Shown: positions 1-10,161, numbered from the stretch's first letter. The stretch: DNA of 64,000 bases from an uncultured Clostridium sp. (GCA_930990555.1 CAKNPW010000006.1:2833-66832); one strand, 5' to 3'. Made by a program: numbers and translations. The notes: a model not told the origin generated them from the sequence alone.

Positions 1-1
1 G

Positions 2-802
2 TTAGCAGCCAATGAAACAATCGCAGAAAAATTTTATTGGCTTAAAGCACCTTTTATATATCGTGTACATGAAGAACCAGATTTAGAAAAAGTAAATGAA
101 TTAAATAAACTATTATTTAATTTTGGATATAAAATTCATATTAAAGAAGGTAAAATTTACCCAGCAGAATTTTCTAAAATATTAAAAGAAGTAGAAGGAA
201 AACCAGAGGAAAAAATAGTTTCTAATATGATTTTAAGAACTTTAAAAGTTGCTGTATATGATTCAGAAAATAAAGGACATTTCGGAATAGCAAGTAAATA
301 TTATTGTCATTTTACTTCACCAATCAGAAGATATCCAGATTTATTTATACACAGAATTATTTCAAAATATTTAAAAAATAATTATACAATGACCGAAAAG
401 CAAGTAGAGTTTTATAGCAAGGTTGCAGAAACTGATGCTAAACAATCATCAGATAGGGAGAAAATTGCAACACAAGTAGAAAGAGATAGTGTAGATATAA
501 AGAAGGCTGAATATATGAGTAAAAAGATTGGGGAACAATATGAAGGTATCATTTCTGGAGTGACACAATTTGGTGTATTTGTAGAATTAGAGAATACAGT
601 AGAAGGACTTATTAGATTTGAAAATTTAGGTGACGAATATTATGAATATGATGCAGATCATAAAATTTTAATAGGCGAAAGAACAAAAGAAACTTTTAAA
701 ATAGGAGATAAAATAAATATAGAAGTAATAGATGCTAACAAACAAGAAAAAAGAATATCTTTTAAAAGAATTCAAGAAATAAAGCAAGAAGAAAGTCTTT
801 AG
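2..802 (+). CDS. rnr: Ribonuclease R, C-terminal part (5' end lies outside the window)
   Basis: Frame is open from nt 2. RNB-domain motif HFTSPIRRYPDLFIHR is followed by an S1 domain (GEQYEGIISGVTQFGVFVEL). Confidence 0.9.
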   Translation, partial: LAANETIAEKFYWLKAPFIYRVHEEPDLEKVNELNKLLFNFGYKIHIKEGKIYPAEFSKILKEVEGKPEEKIVSNMILRTLKVAVYDSENKGHFGIASKYYCHFTSPIRRYPDLFIHRIISKYLKNNYTMTEKQVEFYSKVAETDAKQSSDREKIATQVERDSVDIKKAEYMSKKIGEQYEGIISGVTQFGVFVELENTVEGLIRFENLGDEYYEYDADHKILIGERTKETFKIGDKINIEVIDANKQEKRISFKRIQEIKQEESL

Positions 803-824
803 TTTTTTACTAAAGACTTTTTTC
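792..824 (+). terminator. Intrinsic terminator of rnr
   Basis: Arms AAAGTCTTTAGT / ACTAAAGACTTT with a T5 loop, followed by TTTT. It overlaps the rnr stop codon. Confidence 0.75.
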
Positions 825-978
825 AGTGAGATAGGCATGTCGTTTAGCTAATAGAACTGCTCCAATAATACCAGGTCCTTCAAACATGGCTGTGTATATT
901 CCTACATATACAACCATATTGCATCTCTTCTTATTTAGAATATAAAAATATAATTTTTATATTTTTCAAAATGTAAAA

Positions 979-1143
979 TCATCTAAATAAAGTAATAAAA
1001 GGAGCAAAAATCAAAACTACAAATGCCATAATGATAATTGTTATACCACCAGATTTATTACTATTTATTTTTATTTCATAAATTGCATAATTAATAGTTT
1101 TACAAAAAATAATAATCGAAATAATTAAAATTACAAAAAACAT
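979..1143 (-). CDS. Small 2-TM membrane peptide (54 aa) coupled to the germinant receptor operon; not in the ORF track
   Basis: Manual translation: MFFVILIISIIIFCKTINYAIYEIKINSNKSGGITIIIMAFVVLIFAPFITLFR. GGAG lies 6 nt upstream of the ATG and overlaps the TAG stop of the upstream GerAC-like gene. Confidence 0.5.
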   Translation of the reverse strand: MFFVILIISIIIFCKTINYAIYEIKINSNKSGGITIIIMAFVVLIFAPFITLFR

Positions 1144-1152
1144 TGCTAACTC

Positions 1153-2400
1153 CTAACTTGATAATAGAAAGCTTGATTTAATATTTGTTGTTACATCAAT
1201 ATCAAAAAAAGTATTTTTATAATTTGCAGACCAGTTATAATTGCTCCATTCTTTATCATTTTTGAAATGTTTAATTAAATTTTCTCCAACATTATCTATA
1301 TCTGCTTCGAATATTTTTGCTGTCTTGTATTGATAATTTAAAAAGGCATTTTCTAAATAAGAATTTATTAAAATTTCTAGGTCATTAATTTTTTCGGGTG
1401 TAAAATCTTCAGAATTTTTATCTACAGATAATAATCGTGCATTAAGATATACTTTACTTTTTACATAAGGCGAACCATTAACTAATCTTGCATCTATTTT
1501 TGTATCTTTATGATAATAAAGTGCTACATCTATAGAAGAATTTTCTTTATAAGGATTATTTATTGAGATAATGCTAGATTCAAATTGGTTTGTTAATATT
1601 AAGTGCAATAAACTTTCGAAAGCTGTTAATTCACCGACTAATTTGTCTTGTTTAAAGACTGCTACACCTAGGTTTTCGCTTTTTCTATCATATTCTATTA
1701 AAGGATTTTGGCCAGCTACAATATTAAATTCTTGTTCTGGATTTATCGATTCATCGGAAGCGGTGAGATTTAGTTTGTTACCATTTCCTAAAATTGCTAC
1801 TGGATCACTATAGTTTGCACTTAAAGAATTAAAAAAGCTTGATATGGTAGCATTTACAATATGACCTGTATATTCATTAGAATAAGGTGTTAACTCATAG
1901 TATTTTGCTACTAAGTTTTCTAATTCGGGTTTTGAATTCGTTATATACTCTTTAGCAGAAGATTTAGAGATAATTATATTACAGTCAGGTCTTATTTCTA
2001 CTTGATTAGAAAGTGTATATATTTCTGAGCCAATTCCTCTATTGGCAATAGCTTCGGAGAAAATTATAACTTTGCAATGTGATAAGTTAATTTCCTTACT
2101 AATATAGCTATTTAGTAAGCTTATACCACTATTAATAGAGGAGCATTCGACACTATTTATAATTGTTGGGGCTGCCTCACCAGAAGTAGAACTACTGTCA
2201 GAGCTGTTAGGAAAGGTAAGTTGAATTGTAAGTTCTAAGTTATTATTTTGTCCTAAATCTATTCCAAGTGCAACCACATATGCTAAATCGTCTATACTTT
2301 GAACACTATAACAACCAGAAAGAGAAAAAATAAGGATAGAAATGATACAAAATACAAGAATATAAAGAAAAAATCTACGGAACTTTTTCATTTTTTCCAC
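1153..2400 (-). CDS. Spore germination receptor, C subunit (GerAC-like lipoprotein)
   Basis: Lipoprotein signal ending LSGCYS. It is the third gene of an A-B-C operon with overlapping stop/start codons. Confidence 0.85.
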   Translation of the reverse strand: MEKMKKFRRFFLYILVFCIISILIFSLSGCYSVQSIDDLAYVVALGIDLGQNNNLELTIQLTFPNSSDSSSTSGEAAPTIINSVECSSINSGISLLNSYISKEINLSHCKVIIFSEAIANRGIGSEIYTLSNQVEIRPDCNIIISKSSAKEYITNSKPELENLVAKYYELTPYSNEYTGHIVNATISSFFNSLSANYSDPVAILGNGNKLNLTASDESINPEQEFNIVAGQNPLIEYDRKSENLGVAVFKQDKLVGELTAFESLLHLILTNQFESSIISINNPYKENSSIDVALYYHKDTKIDARLVNGSPYVKSKVYLNARLLSVDKNSEDFTPEKINDLEILINSYLENAFLNYQYKTAKIFEADIDNVGENLIKHFKNDKEWSNYNWSANYKNTFFDIDVTTNIKSSFLLSS

Positions 2401-3481
2401 CCCTCAATCTCTTTTTTATATTAGCAAATATTAAGACTAATGGACTATAAGCAAATAATAATATAAAAACTACATATTTAAATATATTGATTTCTATAAA
2501 GTTTAATTGTGCTAAATTAGTAGGAATTAAGCTTAGTAAAAAAATTATTCCTGAAAAACAGTAAAGTACACCATTTGTATCTGCTATATTGGTAATTTTT
2601 TTAAAAGTATTTATAGAAAGAGTAGTAGCTATACATAGATAACTTATAACAGCGACTGTCCAGATTAGTAAAAATATTGCATCAAGTCTTTGGAAAAATC
2701 TACCAAATTCAATATATCTAGTAGCAAGGTATAATGCCATAATTTCTTCACTATTTCTAATAAAAGGAAATAGTGCTAAAAAAGAGACTATACTAAAAAA
2801 GAATAATATTACTGAAAGAATAGTTGAGATTCTTGCTATTTTTTTAAATGAATTTGAATCTTCTACCATAGGAGGTAAAAAATAAAATATAGAAAGACTA
2901 GAAAAAGCAAACATATTGCTTAAACCTGTAATAAAAGTTGGTTTTATTCCGTTTCCTAAAATAGGGAATAGTCCATTAAAATCATAATTTTTTAAATTGG
3001 CAAGCAAAACAAAAATTATGCAAAAAATAATTACAGGAAGTATTAGTAAATTAACTTTGGAAATTACCTTAAAGCCTAATTTATTTCCAAAAGTGATTGC
3101 AAAAATAAATAATATTACAATTACTATTATAGGAAGTTTAGCTAGATATATTATTTTTAAGTTTTCAGAGAAACTACGAAGAAGAACACTTGTAAAAACT
3201 ATAAAATAAGTTATAAAAAGAATACCAGTAATTGCTTTTAAGATTTTTCCACCGAGATATTGTGAAACATCCAAAATATCTTGACCAGCGAAATGCTTAA
3301 ACAGAAATATGAGTAATTGAACAAATAGTAAAACTATTATTCCAATAAATAATATATTAAGAGCAGAAGCCGAACCAGTATTGGCTATTATACTTTTTGA
3401 AAAATTAAGTATGACATGGTTTATAATTACTATAAGAACCAGCCCAATGGATTCCAGATTGCTTAATTTTATATTATTCAT
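2375..3481 (-). CDS. Spore germination receptor, B subunit (GerAB-like permease)
   Basis: About 10 hydrophobic segments (APC-type permease look). It lies between the A and C subunits and overlaps both. Confidence 0.85.
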   Translation of the reverse strand: MNNIKLSNLESIGLVLIVIINHVILNFSKSIIANTGSASALNILFIGIIVLLFVQLLIFLFKHFAGQDILDVSQYLGGKILKAITGILFITYFIVFTSVLLRSFSENLKIIYLAKLPIIVIVILFIFAITFGNKLGFKVISKVNLLILPVIIFCIIFVLLANLKNYDFNGLFPILGNGIKPTFITGLSNMFAFSSLSIFYFLPPMVEDSNSFKKIARISTILSVILFFFSIVSFLALFPFIRNSEEIMALYLATRYIEFGRFFQRLDAIFLLIWTVAVISYLCIATTLSINTFKKITNIADTNGVLYCFSGIIFLLSLIPTNLAQLNFIEINIFKYVVFILLFAYSPLVLIFANIKKRLRGGKNEKVP

Positions 3482-5156
3482 TAGGATGCCTCCATTTCAT
3501 ACTAATTTTATTTTGTGCACGTTCTTTTTTTGGATGAAGATAATTATGCCTAAACTCTTGCATCCATGTTGGCATAACAAAGAAATTACTAGATTTCTTA
3601 TTGAAATCTATAGTATCATTTGGATTTAAATATGGTACACCGAATGATTTGATACTACAAAGAATACATAAATATACATATATTCCAATTGCAATTCCCA
3701 AAAAACCAGTTATATATGCAGATATCGTAAATAAAAATCTGGTAATTCTTAAATGAAAGCCAAATGAAAAATCAGGAATAGCAAAAGATGCAATACCTGT
3801 GATTGCGACAATTATTATAAGAAATGGACTAACAATACTAGCATTTACTGCTGCTTGTCCAAGAACGAGCGCACCAACTATTCCAATTGTAGGACCTACT
3901 GGAGAAGGAACTCTAAGACCAGCTTCTCTAATTAATTCGAATGAAATTTCCATTACTAGCAATTCGAAAATTATAGGAAAAGGTACATTTTCTCTGGATG
4001 CCCATAAAGAAAATAATAATTCTGTAGGTAATAATTCTTGATGAAAATCTACTATTGCAATATAAATACTAGGTAGTAACAAAGTTATACCCATTGCAAG
4101 AAATCTTAAAAATTTAAGAAAATTAGCAAAAGCGGGTCTTAAATTTGTATCTTCTGGGGAAGAGATGAAATCTACGATAGTAGTGGGTAGAATTATGCAA
4201 TATGGATTTCCATTAACTAAAATTACAACTCTACCTGCATATAAATTTTTGGCAGCTTTATCTGGTCTTTCTGTTGATAATACTTGTGGAATATTATATT
4301 TATTATCTTCACATATTAACTGTTCTAATTGACCTGTAGATAAAAGTGAATCAATTTTTAAATTATTTAAACGATATCTAACTTCTGCTACTAAATCGGA
4401 ATTTGCAATATTTTTTAAATAGCAAATAGCACATGGGGTTTTACTTAATTTCCCAATTAAAACATTTTCTATAACTAAATTTTCGGTATTTGTTGCTCTA
4501 CGTAACATAGAAGTATTTACACGAATTGATTCTACAAATGCTTCTTGAGGGCCTTTAATAATTATTTCATTATTTGGAGAACTTACACTTCTTTGTTTAA
4601 ATCCCTTTACATCTAAGTTAAAAGCGATTGCTAAGGTATCTACAAAAAGTACACAATTTCCCATATTAATAGCAGAAAAAATATTATTAAAATCAGTTTC
4701 TTTTACTAAAGAATTTTGTGGTAGTAATGAATTCTCTATTTCTACTGCTAGGTTATTGGAATTTCTTTGGATAATAACTTTTTTATCTTTATTAATAGTT
4801 TTTAAACTATGCGTTTTGTAAGTATTAGCTGTGTTTCGTAGCATTAGTGGTTTTAATATAAAATCGTTAATTAAATTCGAATCAGACATACCATCGATGT
4901 AAATAATAAAAGCTGAGTAAGAATGATTATTGGATTTTAATTTAAATTTTCTGATAATAATATCACTGTTTATTAAGGTATTATATTTTCTATCAATTAT
5001 ATCTTTATTGACTTTTAAATTGCTAGAAACTTTTTCATCAGATTCATATGTCACATTTTTGGAAGTAGAGATATTTAAAGAAAAATCATATGAATCTTTA
5101 GGTCCTTTATATGTTATTAAATTTGTAAGAGATTGTTTTATTCTTGAAAAATTCAT
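3474..5156 (-). CDS. Spore germination receptor, A subunit (GerAA-like)
   Basis: 560 aa. Soluble N-domain plus C-terminal TM bundle (PFPIIFELLVMEISFELIREAGLRVP signature). First gene of the operon. Confidence 0.9.
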   Translation of the reverse strand: MNFSRIKQSLTNLITYKGPKDSYDFSLNISTSKNVTYESDEKVSSNLKVNKDIIDRKYNTLINSDIIIRKFKLKSNNHSYSAFIIYIDGMSDSNLINDFILKPLMLRNTANTYKTHSLKTINKDKKVIIQRNSNNLAVEIENSLLPQNSLVKETDFNNIFSAINMGNCVLFVDTLAIAFNLDVKGFKQRSVSSPNNEIIIKGPQEAFVESIRVNTSMLRRATNTENLVIENVLIGKLSKTPCAICYLKNIANSDLVAEVRYRLNNLKIDSLLSTGQLEQLICEDNKYNIPQVLSTERPDKAAKNLYAGRVVILVNGNPYCIILPTTIVDFISSPEDTNLRPAFANFLKFLRFLAMGITLLLPSIYIAIVDFHQELLPTELLFSLWASRENVPFPIIFELLVMEISFELIREAGLRVPSPVGPTIGIVGALVLGQAAVNASIVSPFLIIIVAITGIASFAIPDFSFGFHLRITRFLFTISAYITGFLGIAIGIYVYLCILCSIKSFGVPYLNPNDTIDFNKKSSNFFVMPTWMQEFRHNYLHPKKERAQNKISMKWRHPNE

Positions 5157-5281
5157 TAATTTACTCCTATATATAATTATTAAAATTAGTAATTTCCAAT
5201 AAATAAAAAAATATGTACAATTTTGAAAAAATTACTATATACAACTCTATGAAATAAATGATATAATTAAATAAATACTAG

Positions 5282-5308
5282 AAAAATTCTCCTAGTAGGA
5301 GAATTTTT
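5282..5308. repeat. Perfect 13+1+13 palindrome in the divergent gerAA / transglutaminase-like intergenic region
   Basis: AAAAATTCTCCTA-G-TAGGAGAATTTTT. Confidence 0.8.
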
Positions 5309-5412
5309 TGTAGTAGATATTTATGGCTAATTCTAGATTTTCTAGCATTTACTAATGCGTAGAAAATCTTGTGTTTGGTTAAATAGATACTAGAAAAATT
5401 AGGAGATTTTTT

Positions 5413-6534
5413 ATGAAAAACAGAATTTTAACATTTTTATTAATAATTTTAATTTTAGGAATAATTGGAGGAATAGCATATGCTTTTATCCAATATATAG
5501 GAATAGATACGACTGATATTTTGTCATTAGTTACAAGTACAAATGAAGTAAGTAATGAAACAATTAAGCCATTAGAACCAACAGGAAGTAGTTCTAATAC
5601 ATTATTATCAAGTAAGTTAGATGTACAAACTACAAATCAAAATACTAACACTACAGTATCAGCTGGAAAGTATAAATATTATTATGACCAACTAGATTCT
5701 AATGCTAAAATAATATATTCAGCTGTTGAATCTAATATAGAAAACTTAAAAACTGGTACTGCTAAAATAAATTTTGGAGAACAATTTAATTCTTTATTAA
5801 ATGAAGAAAAAGGAAAAGAGAAATTGAATGTAGCCTATCAAGCAGCTTTGGATGCATTTGGTTTGGATTATCCAGAGGTATTTTATATAGATGTAACTAA
5901 AATGGTATTAATGATATATTCAACTTCTAATATATTTGAAACAAAATATGAAGTTTCAATAGAACCATCAGAAGTAGGAAATTATTTAGTAGATGGATTT
6001 GCTTCAAAAACAGATGTAGATTCTGCACTAAATAGATTAGAAACTATTAAATCTGATATTGCAAGTCAAGTGGCAAATGATGATCCATATACTAAAGTAA
6101 AAAGAATACATGATTTTTTAGTAGATTATATAGAATATGATTCTTCAATGACGAGAACAAATAATAGAAATATATATGGTGCGTTAGTAGAGCAAAATGT
6201 CGTTTGTGAAGGATATGCAGAATCATTAAAATATTTACTAGATGCTGTAGGTGTACCATGTGTTGAAATAGTAGGAACTGGAACTAATTCTGCAGGTGAA
6301 ACAGAAGCACATGCATGGAATTATGTTATGCTTAATAATAAATGGTATGCTATAGATGTTACATGGGATGATCCAACAATTATAGGAACTGGAAGAGTAC
6401 CTAGTTCAACTAAAACTAGATATTTCTTACGAGGACAAACAAATTTTAATAAAACGCATTTCCCAAGTGGTCAGGTATCAGACGGAGGCTCTGTATTTAT
6501 ATATCCAGAACTAAGTACAGAAGATTATGAATAA
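5413..6534 (+). CDS. Transglutaminase-like domain protein with N-terminal TM anchor
   Basis: Cys-His-Asp core: VCEGYAESLKYLLDAVG ... EAHAWNYV ... AIDVTWDD. N-terminal hydrophobic helix. Confidence 0.8.
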   Translation: MKNRILTFLLIILILGIIGGIAYAFIQYIGIDTTDILSLVTSTNEVSNETIKPLEPTGSSSNTLLSSKLDVQTTNQNTNTTVSAGKYKYYYDQLDSNAKIIYSAVESNIENLKTGTAKINFGEQFNSLLNEEKGKEKLNVAYQAALDAFGLDYPEVFYIDVTKMVLMIYSTSNIFETKYEVSIEPSEVGNYLVDGFASKTDVDSALNRLETIKSDIASQVANDDPYTKVKRIHDFLVDYIEYDSSMTRTNNRNIYGALVEQNVVCEGYAESLKYLLDAVGVPCVEIVGTGTNSAGETEAHAWNYVMLNNKWYAIDVTWDDPTIIGTGRVPSSTKTRYFLRGQTNFNKTHFPSGQVSDGGSVFIYPELSTEDYE

Positions 6535-6540
6535 TAACAT

Positions 6541-6564
6541 AAAAGCAGATTTATATCTGCTTTT
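6541..6564. terminator. Bidirectional terminator between convergent genes
   Basis: AAAAGCAGAT-ttat-ATCTGCTTTT, flanked by A and T runs. Confidence 0.75.
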
Positions 6565-6569
6565 ATCTT

Positions 6570-8048
6570 TTATAATATTATACAAATTAATCCTCCACTA
6601 CCTTCATTTACAATTCTTTCTAATGTTTCTTGTAATTTTATTTGTGCATCTTCTGGCATATGAGCTAGCTTACTTTGTAATCCTTCATTAACAAGTTCAT
6701 GCAAACTCTTTCCAAATATATTAGATTCCCAAATCTTTTTAGGATCATTTTCAAATTCAGACAATAAGTAATTTACTAATTCTTCAGATTGTTTTTCAGA
6801 ACCAACTATTGGAGATACTTCAGTTTCTATATCGGCTCGTATCATATGTATAGAAGGTGCTTTCGCTTTAAGCTTTACTCCAAATCTAGAGCCTTGTTTA
6901 ACCATTTCTGGTTCATCTAAGATCAATTCATCAATTGAAGGTGTAACAATTCCATAGCCTTTTGCTTTAACTTCTTCCAAAGCAAAAGATATTTTATCAT
7001 ATTCTTTCTTTACTTCTGAAAATTCAGCCATTGTTTTAAACAAATCACCATCATTTGAGATTGAAACACCAGAAATTTCAGTTAAAACACTATAAAATAG
7101 AGCTTCTTTAAGCACAATAGATATATAGACACTTCCAGTTCCAAGTTCAATTTTATTTACACATGCTTGCTGTATAACTTCAGAAGATGATAAATTTTGA
7201 ATACACTTGTCAATTTGTTTTAGAATTTTAACTTTTTCAAATGAAGTTTTTAAATCATTTAGCAATGTGCTTTTTAAAGGATGGCTTTCATCTAGAATAT
7301 CTATCCACTTTGGAAAGTTAATATTAATTTGATTAATAGGAAATTCATATAAAACTTTAGAAAATATATTATTTATATCATCAAGAGTTAGTTCAGAACA
7401 ATTAATACAAATTACAGTTGTTTCATATTTTAGCTCTAGACTTCTGGCTAATTCCTTTGTATATTCAGAACTGGGCTTTTCAGAGTTTAATACAATTACA
7501 AAAGGTTTATTTAAAGATTTTAGTTCATTTATAACACGTTCTTCAGCATTAACATAATCATCTCTAGGAATATCTGTAAAACTACCATCTGTAGTCATTA
7601 CAATTCCTATTGTAGAATGTTCTTCTATTACTTTTTTGGTGCCTATCTCTGCAGCTTGTTCGAAAGGCATTTCTTCATCAGACCAAGGAGTTTTTACCAT
7701 TCTAGGCATATCATCTTCTAAATAGCCTATTGCATTATTTACTAAATAACCTACACAATCTACCAATCTAGTTCTTAATTTAATGTTATCTCCAATAGTT
7801 ATTTCGACAGCTTCATTAGGAACAAATTTGGGTTCTGTTGTCATAATTGTTCTTCCTGAGGCACTTTGAGGCAGTTCATCTGTAGCGCGTTCTTTTTTAT
7901 ATTCATTTTCGATATTAGGAATAACTAACAAATCCATAAAATTCTTTATAAAAGTAGATTTACCGGTTCTAACAGGTCCAACAACACCAACATAGATATC
8001 ACCATCTGTACGTTTTGCAATATCTTCGTATACATTAATATTTTCCAT
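6570..8048 (-). CDS. spoIVA: Stage IV sporulation protein A (spore coat morphogenetic ATPase)
   Basis: N-terminus MENINVYEDIAKRTDGDIYVGVVGPVRTGKSTFIK (Walker A), 492 aa. Characteristic SpoIVA sequence. Confidence 0.93.
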   Translation of the reverse strand: MENINVYEDIAKRTDGDIYVGVVGPVRTGKSTFIKNFMDLLVIPNIENEYKKERATDELPQSASGRTIMTTEPKFVPNEAVEITIGDNIKLRTRLVDCVGYLVNNAIGYLEDDMPRMVKTPWSDEEMPFEQAAEIGTKKVIEEHSTIGIVMTTDGSFTDIPRDDYVNAEERVINELKSLNKPFVIVLNSEKPSSEYTKELARSLELKYETTVICINCSELTLDDINNIFSKVLYEFPINQININFPKWIDILDESHPLKSTLLNDLKTSFEKVKILKQIDKCIQNLSSSEVIQQACVNKIELGTGSVYISIVLKEALFYSVLTEISGVSISNDGDLFKTMAEFSEVKKEYDKISFALEEVKAKGYGIVTPSIDELILDEPEMVKQGSRFGVKLKAKAPSIHMIRADIETEVSPIVGSEKQSEELVNYLLSEFENDPKKIWESNIFGKSLHELVNEGLQSKLAHMPEDAQIKLQETLERIVNEGSGGLICIIL

Positions 8049-8217
8049 TTATAAAATACCTCCTCATAGAAAATGTTTGTACTAAGTTACTTTAGTTAAG
8101 TATATTAGCGGTTTATAAAAGATATTCCATAAAATGCAAAAAATTAGGGTAAATTTATAAACATTGCAAAATAAAAAAGCATATGATAAAATAAAGCGGT
8201 GAAATCGGAGGTTTAAT

Positions 8218-9471
8218 ATGAAAGATGAAAAAGTAATAGAAAATTTAAAAAAATATAATCAAACAAGAACTTTAAAAATATTAGAAAATGTGGATAAATC
8301 AACAAAAAATAAAATAATTGAGCAATTAAGAGAAATTAATTTTCCACAATTAAAAGAATTATATAACAATATTAAAGAAGAAGCAGAAGTAGATGTTGGT
8401 GAATTAAAACCAATAAAATCACTAAATCCAGATAAAATATCTAAAGAAGAAAGAGAAGCTTACGAAGAAATAGGGGCAAATGTAGTAAGAAATAAAAAAT
8501 TTGCAGTAGCAACGATGTCAGGAGGTCAGGGAACTAGATTAGGATATAAAGGAGCAAAAGGAACTTTTAAAATAGATGTAGAACCTGAGCCAAAGTATTT
8601 ATTTGAAATAATAGTAGATACATTACAAAGAGCAAACAAACAATATAATACTATAATTCCATGGTATATTATGACAAGTCATGAGAATAATCAAGAGATA
8701 GTAGATTTTATGGAAGAACATAATTATTTTGGATATAATAAAGAATATGTAGGATTTTTCGAACAAGGTGAATTGCCATTAATAACCGAAGATGGACAAA
8801 TAATGTTAGATGAAAATTACAATATAAAAAAAGCATCAGATGGTAACGGAAGTATATTTAAATCTATGTATATGAAAGGTGTACTAGATGATATGAAAGA
8901 AAAAGGAATAGAATGGGTATACATAGGTTCTATAGATAATGTCTTATTAAAAATGGTAGATACATTACTAATGGGAGTAGCTATTAAAGAAGGCTCAGAA
9001 ATTGCTACAAGATCTATATTTAAAAATACACCAAGAGAAAAAATAGGGTCTTTATGCATTCAAAATGGAAAGGTTAAAGTTATAGAGTATTCAGAACTTC
9101 CAGAAGATATGGTAGAGGCAAAAGATGAAAATGGTGAAATTCTATTTGGCGAATCACATGTAATGTGTAATTTATTTAGTTTAAAAGCCTTAGAAAAAAT
9201 AAGTTTACAAAATTTGCAATATCATAAAGCACATAAAAAATATAGCTATATGGACGAAAATGGAAAAATGATTGACCCAGAAGAACCAAATGCATATAAA
9301 TTTGAATATTTTATATTTGACTCATTTGAATTTTTTAATCAGATATCTATTGTAAGAGGAAAAAGAGAAGAGGATTTTGCACCAGTAAAAAATAAAGAAG
9401 GTGTAGATAGCCCAGCAACAGCAAGTAAACTATATAATGATTATTGGAGGAAACAAAATGGAAGAGTGTAA
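8218..9471 (+). CDS. UDPGP-family (eukaryotic-type) UDP-sugar / UDP-N-acetylglucosamine pyrophosphorylase
   Basis: MSGGQGTRLGYKGAKGTF nucleotide-binding loop, and SDGNG / IDNVL motifs typical of the UAP1/UDPGP family. Confidence 0.75.
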   Translation: MKDEKVIENLKKYNQTRTLKILENVDKSTKNKIIEQLREINFPQLKELYNNIKEEAEVDVGELKPIKSLNPDKISKEEREAYEEIGANVVRNKKFAVATMSGGQGTRLGYKGAKGTFKIDVEPEPKYLFEIIVDTLQRANKQYNTIIPWYIMTSHENNQEIVDFMEEHNYFGYNKEYVGFFEQGELPLITEDGQIMLDENYNIKKASDGNGSIFKSMYMKGVLDDMKEKGIEWVYIGSIDNVLLKMVDTLLMGVAIKEGSEIATRSIFKNTPREKIGSLCIQNGKVKVIEYSELPEDMVEAKDENGEILFGESHVMCNLFSLKALEKISLQNLQYHKAHKKYSYMDENGKMIDPEEPNAYKFEYFIFDSFEFFNQISIVRGKREEDFAPVKNKEGVDSPATASKLYNDYWRKQNGRV

Positions 9472-10126
9472 AATAAAAAATTTATATAATTTAGATGAAA
9501 CTATTGCTAAAGGTATTTTTAAGGGAGTTACATATCCATGGGAGGTTTTGCCAAAAATAGAAGAATTTATTATAAACTTGGGTAAAACTTTAGATAAAGA
9601 TGAATATGAAGAAAAAGGAGAAAATATTTGGATTGCTAAAAGTGCTAAAGTAGCTCCAACAGCATATATTGCTGGTCCAGCAATAATCGGTAAGGATGCA
9701 GAAATAAGACATTGTGCATTTATTAGAGGAAAAGCTATTGTAGGAGAAGGTGCAGTTGTTGGTAATTCAACAGAATTAAAAAATGTAATATTATTTAATA
9801 AAGTACAAGTCCCACATTATAATTATGTAGGCGATTCAATATTAGGATATAAATCACATATGGGAGCAGGTTCAATTACTTCAAATGTTAAATCAGATAA
9901 AAAACTAGTAATTGTAAAAAATGGCAAAGAGCAAATAGAAACTGGTTTAAAAAAATTCGGTGCAATGTTAGGCGATGAAGTGGAAGTTGGATGTGGTTCT
10001 GTATTAAACCCTGGAACTGTAATAGGAAAACATACTAATATATATCCACTTTCATCAGTAAGAGGAGTAGTTCCAGAACATTCTATATACAAAAACAAAA
10101 ATGAGATAGTAGAAAAAATAGATTAA
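9458..10126 (+). CDS. Left-handed beta-helix (hexapeptide-repeat) transferase, similar to the GlmU C-terminal domain
   Basis: Repeated [LIV]G-x4 hexapeptides (IIGKDAEIRHCAFIRGKAIVGEGAVVGNSTELKNVILF...). Start chosen at MEECK, 6 nt after GGAGG. It overlaps the upstream gene by 14 nt. Confidence 0.7.
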   Translation: MEECKIKNLYNLDETIAKGIFKGVTYPWEVLPKIEEFIINLGKTLDKDEYEEKGENIWIAKSAKVAPTAYIAGPAIIGKDAEIRHCAFIRGKAIVGEGAVVGNSTELKNVILFNKVQVPHYNYVGDSILGYKSHMGAGSITSNVKSDKKLVIVKNGKEQIETGLKKFGAMLGDEVEVGCGSVLNPGTVIGKHTNIYPLSSVRGVVPEHSIYKNKNEIVEKID

Positions 10127-10133
10127 TATGCAA

Positions 10134-10161
10134 AAAGAGCAAGGATAATACCTTGCTCTTT
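10134..10161. terminator. Bidirectional terminator
   Basis: AAAGAGCAAGG-ataata-CCTTGCTCTTT between convergent genes. Confidence 0.75.

Noticed and set aside
810-917. A 35-aa minus-strand ORF (MVVYVGIYTAMFEGPGIIGAVLLAKRHAYLTEKSL) between the small ger-linked ORF and rnr.
   Set aside because: It has a weak RBS and overlaps the rnr terminator hairpin. There is no supporting feature, and it is too short to judge without comparative data.
802-1152. I looked for smpB and the tmRNA gene (ssrA), which often follow rnr in Firmicutes.
   Set aside because: Neither is present. The region holds only a terminator and small minus-strand ORFs.
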